A stretch of 64,000 bases of DNA. It comes from Schizochytrium sp. TIO01 (Eukaryota > Protista > Bigyra: Labyrinthulomycetes). The stretch's first letter is position 1, and each line of letters begins with the position of its first letter. The position numbers were made by a program, and so were the translations under genes. The notes below the pieces were generated by a model that was not told the origin of the DNA, searched no databases, and saw only the letters and a program-made list of their open reading frames with translations. Of this stretch, positions 57,017-64,000 are shown piece after piece. The stretch spans positions 1,278,747-1,342,746 of the forward strand of contig SMSO01000037.1 in the NCBI GenBank assembly GCA_004764695.1, given 5' to 3'.

Positions 57017-59944
57017 ATGGAGGCGACGTTTCAAGAGAAGTTCAAAGCCAGGTACCAGCGCAACAACAAGCGTAGCGGGCAGAAGAATATCAGATGCTTC
57101 CCTTCATGCACGCCTCGAGCGCACTCATCTAGTGGCTTTTGTGGACAGCAGGTGACTGTGACGGTGACAGGAGTGGACCCAAACTTGCCTTCATCGTGCA
57201 TCTACAGAGCATGGGGCGAGTTTGTGCAGTGTGGAGCGGATGTACCCATGCAACCTGGGCAGAAGATGCCTCTGAGGAATGCGGACATGAAAGAACGGAG
57301 CCGCGCAAACCCTTTAAGGGATTGGGTGCGCGGAGAGGTCTCCGAGGCAGGCCCAGACAAGATCACGGTCATGGTTAACAGGAGTCTGCTGGGGTGGCAC
57401 TACGGGTGGGTATCGAGCAAGCACACCTGTGATGCAATGCACTGCTTCAAGGTTCACCTGTTCGTGCTCGATCAACCCCGTGAAGAACTTTCATATGTAG
57501 GATCTGTGGAGTCACCAAGCTTTCAACTGTTTTCAAGACGTAGACAAGCCATGATGATGGAAGCTCGAGAGGCGGTGAAAACAGAGCCAAAAGCGAACTC
57601 GGAAAAGCGGGACGCTGATCGGGCAGCCCTTGGGTCTGTGATTCTACCACCGCCCAAGAAACGGCTCAACGTGGACTCCGCTATGCAAATTCGCATGCAG
57701 CGTAACCTCTGTCTTGACAGGCTGGTGCGGCTCATGTTGGTGCGAGGAGGATCCGGCACACGAAGCATGTATGATACAGAGATTGCGGGTGCCACTCTAT
57801 TCCATGCGGAGAACGGAATCGGAGGCACGAAGAATAGCATCAAGGCTGAAAGTGCGGGTGCATCAGCAAATAAGAAAACCGGCAATAAGCGGGGCACGAA
57901 CAGTAACACTAAAGCAACTGGAGAGAATGAAAAAAGCAACCCCAATATTGACAATGATTCTAGATCTTCTCTGCAGCAACAGCAGCAGCAGCAACAACAA
58001 CAACAACGCATGGTAGCACCTGTACCTCCAAGAACAGTCATGATTAAACAAGAGGAGCCACCTATCAAGAGCGAGCACCTCCTTGCAGTAGGCCCAAGCG
58101 CATCTTCTGCTCTGGCAACAACCACCTCAGTAATGAACCAGGAAGACCCTTTTGGCGTCGAGTGGTCGGATCTTGATTTTGCTCCTTTTGAATCCTCTAG
58201 TGGGTCCCCTTTCATGGGACTTGGTGGTGATATCCGCGTAGGAGGAAACACGATGCAGGAACAGGAGTTTGACCGCCTTATTGAAGAAGCTCTCTTTGAC
58301 CCACAGATGATGAATGAAGATGACCCCCAACAGGAGACTAAGGCGCGATCCAGGACTGAGTCCGAACCGTCATCCACTATTGATTTTGAGGAAAATGATG
58401 CTTCGTCAAGCAGAGCAAGATCACAACGAAACAAGTCTGATAATGCGGATGATGATGCATCGATGACAGGTAGTACGCCCAAAGCAGGCGTCTCCGGAGA
58501 AGACTCATCTGAGACGACCAAAAAAAGCGGTGTACCTGCTGAGCTTGCTCAAGCTGAATGGGATTCAGGATGCACCTTTACGCGCAAGTTGGAATTCATC
58601 GTCCGGACGCATGGTTCAGAAGCTACTCAACAAAAGGCAGATCATATTATTGACGTTCTGAAGAAGCTACCAGAACGAATGGTAGCTCATAGTACCAACC
58701 GCCCTGACTTTTTGGCCTTCTTTGCGCGCTGGCGCTCCCAGGAAGGTATTCGTCTCTTACGCGAAGAATTTTCGCGGGGAGAAAACGCTACAGCTAATGA
58801 AGAGGACAATATTATGACAAGCTTTGTTCGTGATGAGGACCTCACCGCACAAAACTCATCTTCGACCATTAGCCCGATGCGAAGTATTTATGCTGAAATG
58901 CGCATCATTTATCGACGTGTGATTCTTGATGCACTGACAAGTTTGGGCGGTGACCCTGACGACTTTGAGGAGACCATGGAGTTGTGTGCAAAATATGGTC
59001 TCTTGTTTGTTGACCCGTACTACCCGCCTTCAAAGCGCGTTGCCGCAATGACCCACCTGGAGCTATATAATTCGCTGGACAAGTTCCGTGATCAAGATTT
59101 CGGTAGCTGCGCGGGTGAATTTCGGAATGAGGAACAACGAAATGCCTGGGTGAATGCATATTGGACTGTACGTAAACGCTCATTTCGGCGTCATTTTGTG
59201 AAGGCTGTCTTGAACGAACACGTCGGCTCCAAGCTCCCAGTAGAGGGGCGCACTGTGCCTCCTGAATTTGACGTTTCTGGAACGTGGGTGCAGACTACCA
59301 CGCGTGATGATGCTCGTGAAGCTGCAGCTTGGGGATTACGTGTAGGTGTTGGTCTTGGTGAACTCTCTGCTCGCCTCTTTGAAAATATGTGGAAGCGTCT
59401 GACTTTAAGAATTAATACTGCAGGGCTCCACTTACAGGGTGAGCGTGTGCTTCTCGCTAACCCTGCAAAACTCTTTCTCCTCGATAAAGTTCCTCGCAAA
59501 TATACTGTTTCAAACCCGCTTCCAATGGCTACCTTTGCCGTGGAGCGTACCTATGTTGCATGGCTCGGCTATGAAGACTCTAATGCCTATTTATATCTTG
59601 TTTTCGGAGGTCGAACGCGCAACGCAAACTTTGAAGAGTACTCAAAGCAAGCCAGATTTATTAACGACGATGAAATTCGCCAAGAAGCGGAGCACGTTCC
59701 TAGATATACAGAAATGCGTATTACTAAACGGTTTCGCGTAGCTGAGGACCACGAAACCATGACCATGGATCACAAGATCCATCTCTTTGATGATGCATCT
59801 GCTCCTCATTGGGAGGATACAGACACGATTGCTAGTCTTTTCAAACCTGATCAAAAATCATGTGTCGTGTCTCTGTGTACCAAATATATCAAGGTTTCTG
59901 ATCAAGGTATTGAGGAGGTTCTTGAGCTTTTGGGAGGAAATTAG
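57017..59944 (+). CDS. Putative transcription factor: basic Cys/His N-terminal domain, poly-Q/acidic linker, helical domain and FABP/calycin-like C-terminal domain (paralog A)
   Basis: 975-aa intact ORF, alignable by eye over four blocks to the convergent gene at 60534-63237. NLS-like SRRRQ and PPPKKRL, and a poly-Q tract. The coding call is strong; the function is inference. Confidence 0.85.
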   Translation: MEATFQEKFKARYQRNNKRSGQKNIRCFPSCTPRAHSSSGFCGQQVTVTVTGVDPNLPSSCIYRAWGEFVQCGADVPMQPGQKMPLRNADMKERSRANPLRDWVRGEVSEAGPDKITVMVNRSLLGWHYGWVSSKHTCDAMHCFKVHLFVLDQPREELSYVGSVESPSFQLFSRRRQAMMMEAREAVKTEPKANSEKRDADRAALGSVILPPPKKRLNVDSAMQIRMQRNLCLDRLVRLMLVRGGSGTRSMYDTEIAGATLFHAENGIGGTKNSIKAESAGASANKKTGNKRGTNSNTKATGENEKSNPNIDNDSRSSLQQQQQQQQQQQRMVAPVPPRTVMIKQEEPPIKSEHLLAVGPSASSALATTTSVMNQEDPFGVEWSDLDFAPFESSSGSPFMGLGGDIRVGGNTMQEQEFDRLIEEALFDPQMMNEDDPQQETKARSRTESEPSSTIDFEENDASSSRARSQRNKSDNADDDASMTGSTPKAGVSGEDSSETTKKSGVPAELAQAEWDSGCTFTRKLEFIVRTHGSEATQQKADHIIDVLKKLPERMVAHSTNRPDFLAFFARWRSQEGIRLLREEFSRGENATANEEDNIMTSFVRDEDLTAQNSSSTISPMRSIYAEMRIIYRRVILDALTSLGGDPDDFEETMELCAKYGLLFVDPYYPPSKRVAAMTHLELYNSLDKFRDQDFGSCAGEFRNEEQRNAWVNAYWTVRKRSFRRHFVKAVLNEHVGSKLPVEGRTVPPEFDVSGTWVQTTTRDDAREAAAWGLRVGVGLGELSARLFENMWKRLTLRINTAGLHLQGERVLLANPAKLFLLDKVPRKYTVSNPLPMATFAVERTYVAWLGYEDSNAYLYLVFGGRTRNANFEEYSKQARFINDDEIRQEAEHVPRYTEMRITKRFRVAEDHETMTMDHKIHLFDDASAPHWEDTDTIASLFKPDQKSCVVSLCTKYIKVSDQGIEEVLELLGGN

Positions 59945-60533
59945 GTTAGGACTTTGTTGATATATATATGCATTCTGCTTGAGAAGTTTTTTTCGAGTTT
60001 ACTCGTGATGTTGGATAAATTCGTTCTGCCTTCATAGCTCCTACATTGGTACAAGCGTGTCAAGCACTACAGCAAGAATTGTGAAGCTAGCTTTTGCATA
60101 GCTTGTTTGTTTCCTAAAAGTCATATCTTCTTTTTTTAATTAAAATTTTATTTTTTGAAGGAAAAAAAACTTACCAATCCTTTTTTTTTATCAAAGGCTT
60201 TTGCATATGCAGAACAGGATTTAATTCTATTATGTCATGAGGTCTTTTTCTGTATTATTATATTCTTTTTAAGGGAAAAGGGGGGGAGTAAATGCGATTT
60301 CCTAGCTAGCTAGATTGGGTACCCTATTGATAAGTTTACAAGGTCCTAAATTGCTCTTGAATTTCGGCAGTTAGGGAGGTATTGAATACAGAAAAATGGA
60401 TAAGATACTATAAAATACGAAGCAAGTAATACTATCTTTTTTATTTTAAATAAAAAAGTACAATGAAATGAATTTCCTACTAAGCGACAATTGAAGGAAG
60501 CCACTCGAATGAGGAAATCTCTAGCCGGAAATA

Positions 60534-63237
60534 TTATAATAGGTCCAAAATCATGTCAGTATCGGTTTGATTAAGGTAGCATCGCATAAACCGATGGCGA
60601 AGTTTCATACCAGTAAACTTCACGTCACATTCCTGATTGAGTGTTGCCAATTCAGTTGTATCGTTCATACGAGGGGTAACCGCGGCACGAGGGAAAATAT
60701 GATACCAATCTTCCATCGTCAAATGCTGACGACTGGGTGAAATTAAAAACTTTTTGTGCACGCGCACCTGTGGCACATCGCCAGGTTTCACATGCTTGCG
60801 GAAAAATAAGGAAAGCTTTTGGGCAGCTTCAGTATTGGGCTCTCCATCACGTCTACGAATAGTATCGCAGGCTAACTCTGAAACAGCATCAGAGAAAAGT
60901 GGACCACCAATTACCACATTGATGCAATGGGTGCCATCTGACTCTACCGAAAGCCATCCCACTATCATTTTATCTTGCGAAAGTGGTTGAACACCAGCAT
61001 ACCCAACAACCATTGGCATAGGGGGTCGCCAGCAGTGGGGCTTTCCTTTGAGGTTTGCGACTAAGCGTGGGTCAGCGAGAAGCATCTGTTGTCCTGAGGA
61101 CGTGAAAGTTTCATCAGTGATTGTAACTTCAATTTTGGAAAGCATTGTCGTGAAAACTCGGTTGTAGAAACCGCCCATATTTACACCTGAGCATACGGAG
61201 AGCAATGCACCAAGAGCCTCATTACCTTGTTTGCACATATCTTCCTCAATAGGACCTACGAGAATCCAGGTGCCGTTAATATCCCATCCGGGACTGACAG
61301 GTGCTTCCCGATCGCGCTCAGAAGAAAGGGCACGTGTACGTTGGTCTGTTACGATACGATCGCAAACGATGCGACGCATAATGCCTCGACGTACGACCAT
61401 GAGATCCTTTGCATACTGTCTTTGCTGCTCGTCATTGATAAACTTTCCCTGGCGCGATCCATAATCTTGCTTCTCAAAATTATCCAAAGACCCATAGAGC
61501 TGCATATGGATGAAAGCAGCTGCACGAGGCGAAGGCGGGTAGTATGGGTCTGGGGTTGCCACACCAAAACGTGCTGCGAGGTCCATAGGTTCAATAAAAG
61601 GAGAAAGGCGTTGGCCTGTTTTTGCAATTGCCGCACTCATGATACGACGAAACTGATGACGAAGCATTCCAAAAATACTTGTCTCATGGTCTGGATCGTT
61701 AAGCTTGGTCGGATCCCAAGTACGGTCCTCACGTTCCGGGGTCCAAGCGAAATTAATTTCACGCTCACGTTCAATCTGAGCTTTGAGTCGCTTCAAACCT
61801 TCGGGGCTTGAAAAGCCGCTAACAACACTGTTAAAAGCACTATTATTCTTAGAGAGACGAATTACACAGTCGGAGATCTTCTCAATACCTTCAAGGATCA
61901 TGTCGATACGTAAGGTGTGGTTTGCAAAACTTGACTCGCGCAAAAGGACCTCGCGCAAATGTTGCATGCCTTCACCAATATCTTTGGTCTTCTTGGCATT
62001 TGCAGATCTTGATGACCCTGACGCGCCACCATTAATGTTCTTATCACTCGAACCGGAATCACTTGCGTCAGCGTCAGTACTATTCCTTTGGTTCCCGTTG
62101 CTCATATTCATTGAGGAGGGCTCCTTATCCCACATATGAGGGTCTACAAAATCAGGTCCATTCAACGCTTCGCCGACGTCCATCTCTAGGCCAAGCATAC
62201 CTGAGTGACTTAGATCTTCGCTTGTAACATTTGACGTGCGATCCGAGTCGTCCCATGTTACATCCGACCCGCTAGTATACTGGAAAATAAAGTAGGTTAG
62301 GCGATCAAGAGTACGATTCTTCATGTACTCCGAAGTAAATGACTCCATCAAAGTATCAAGTACTTTTGAATCCATGGCAACAGAGGCAAGAGCTCGGAGA
62401 GGGACCGAGGTTGCATTATTATTACTGCTGCTAATTGCATTTGAACTATGTTCACTTGCGTTTGGGGCATCATGGGGTGTCGAGGAGCCCGAGTTTACGC
62501 CTGATCCTAACTTTGGAGGGCAAGGGGACATCTGGTTCTGGGCTACCAGCAACAGAACCAAAAGTGCTCATTGGGGTCATGCGAGCCTGCTTTGAGGCAA
62601 GCACAGGTGTGGGTGATTGAAGCCCGGCCTGAGTTACTGTTCGTTTCGAAGTAACGGATGCAGTGTCGCATTGCGAAGCCCCGTCCTTATTGACACCACG
62701 CTGCCGCCTTCGACTGTAAACCTGAAAGACAGGGGAAGATACCGAGCCAACGTAGATTAGTTGGTCGCTATCATTCTTGAGCTTAAAAATGTACGCGCGG
62801 AAGCAGTGGTAGCTATCGCAGGAATGCTTGTTTGCGCGCCAGCCATAATGCCAACCTCCAAGCTGCCGATTAAAGGAAACGGATACTTCAGTTCCATCTT
62901 GCAGGCGAACGTCACCGCTCAGCCATGGGAGCTTGGGCAATGAAGCAGTACGCTCCTTTGATTGTGCTTCCTCGAGAGGAATTGTACCGTTCGGCCTCAT
63001 GAGTTCCTTTGTACCACACACAATGAACTCTCCAAAAGACCGGTACTCCCAGCCGGCTTCCAAAGGTGGAAGATCATGAATGGTACATGTGAGCGCAGTA
63101 CCACAGAAGCCACTGTCGCGATGACCTCCTTTTGAACAAATTGGGTAGCATCGCAAGTTCTTTTGTCCGCCAAATTTGTTGTTGCGTTGGTAGCGCTCTT
63201 TAAATTGATCTTTATTATGCCATGTTGCGCGAAGCAT
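60534..63237 (-). CDS. Paralog B of the 57017 gene, split into ORFs 62470-63237 and 60534-62561 by a one-base frame break at ~62520
   Basis: The 255-aa ORF matches the N-terminal domain of paralog A (RYQRNNK..GQKN.RC.P.C, GWHYGW, YVGSV.SP.FQ..SRRRQ). The overlapping 675-aa ORF matches its C-terminal blocks (LDRL, DPYYPPS, GTW). Confidence 0.85.
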
Positions 63238-64000
63238 TCTGTTCTTTCTCTCTAGGCGACAAGAGTCGCTTCAACCCACCGGTGAACAAAATTATGCCTA
63301 TTTGAAGTTGAGTGTCCTTAACGACAACGCGCTCTTCGAGCTGTTGGAGACTTAAGTGGAGCGTCTGTCACTCGCCTACGCTCTGCCGACTGCACACAAG
63401 TCCACTCCAATGGCTTGGCCCTAGCTTCGATCTCTACCCACCTTTGCGCGAGCTAATATCAATCAAATATGACGATAAAAATCGGAGGAATCGAATCCTT
63501 CAAGCCCGCACTTGCAATCTATCGCCTTGCGTGAGGTCACTTTATGCAAAAACCTTTCAGAGGCAGCCTGGAGATTTTCACAGAAATTCCTGCGTCTCTT
63601 CTCGTCGGCCAGCTCTCCCCACGTACACGTGATCCTCCAAACCAAGCGAGGCAGCAGGTCTCCTCGCTCCCAAGCAGAGCCGTCGTCGCTTGTCTCAAGT
63701 AGTTTCGGGTCTGCTGGCGGCCCGACCTTTCCTCACCATGGCCTCTGTCCGCCCTATAAATTGATGGTCCGGCAGAGGGGACTGCTTGGAAAGGTTGGAG
63801 GGGCTATTTTGCAGTGATCGGCACAGGCGAAGAAGGACTCCAGAAGTAGTAAGTGTTTACTGTAGTACTACATGTTACTATTATTAGGACTACTCGTGAG
63901 ATGTTTTCTTTTATAAACTGTTTCGAGGGAATTTCCCTTTCTATAAACTCCACTCTTTTACCTTTGCTTAGCTTTCCTTTTCTTTTCTTTTTCAAGGTCA

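Noticed and set aside
57523-58521. 332-aa antisense ORF with poly-Cys
   Set aside because: Shadow of the poly-Q/low-complexity part of the 975-aa gene on the opposite strand.

Overview
Gene-dense, intron-poor eukaryotic nuclear DNA. It has GT-AG introns with GTAAGT donors, microsatellite-rich intergenic regions and eukaryote-specific trafficking genes. The style suggests a stramenopile protist such as a thraustochytrid/labyrinthulomycete (inference, not proven). Recognisable genes, in order: an internally deleted dynamin-family pseudogene; a multipass membrane protein; uridine phosphorylase (with a duplicated His/Cys N-terminal module) directly followed by an equilibrative nucleoside transporter; neutral ceramidase; a ~1700-aa multi-GAF protein split by two frame breaks; PI4-kinase III-beta (one intron, one frameshift); a ~2370-aa PDZ-like/coiled-coil protein with clustered TQT-type motifs; a giant multi-C2/PRT_C/PH (MCTP-like) protein; USO1/p115; organellar-type TrpRS with a 54-codon insert; VPS26C; and an ADA2/ADGF relic. 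The best candidate for an undescribed system is a tail-to-tail paralog pair at 57.0-63.2 kb. Both genes combine a highly conserved basic, Cys/His (C-x3-C-x4-H-x5-C) N-terminal domain, transcription-factor-like low-complexity linkers, and a C-terminal domain resembling a fatty-acid-binding-protein (calycin) barrel ending in a hydrophobic-xx-LL helix. This suggests a nuclear-receptor-like, lipid-sensing regulator, a hypothesis that needs structure prediction. Four single-base frame breaks, at or near short homopolymers, are probably assembly errors. No rRNA, tRNA, CRISPR or intact transposon was recognised.
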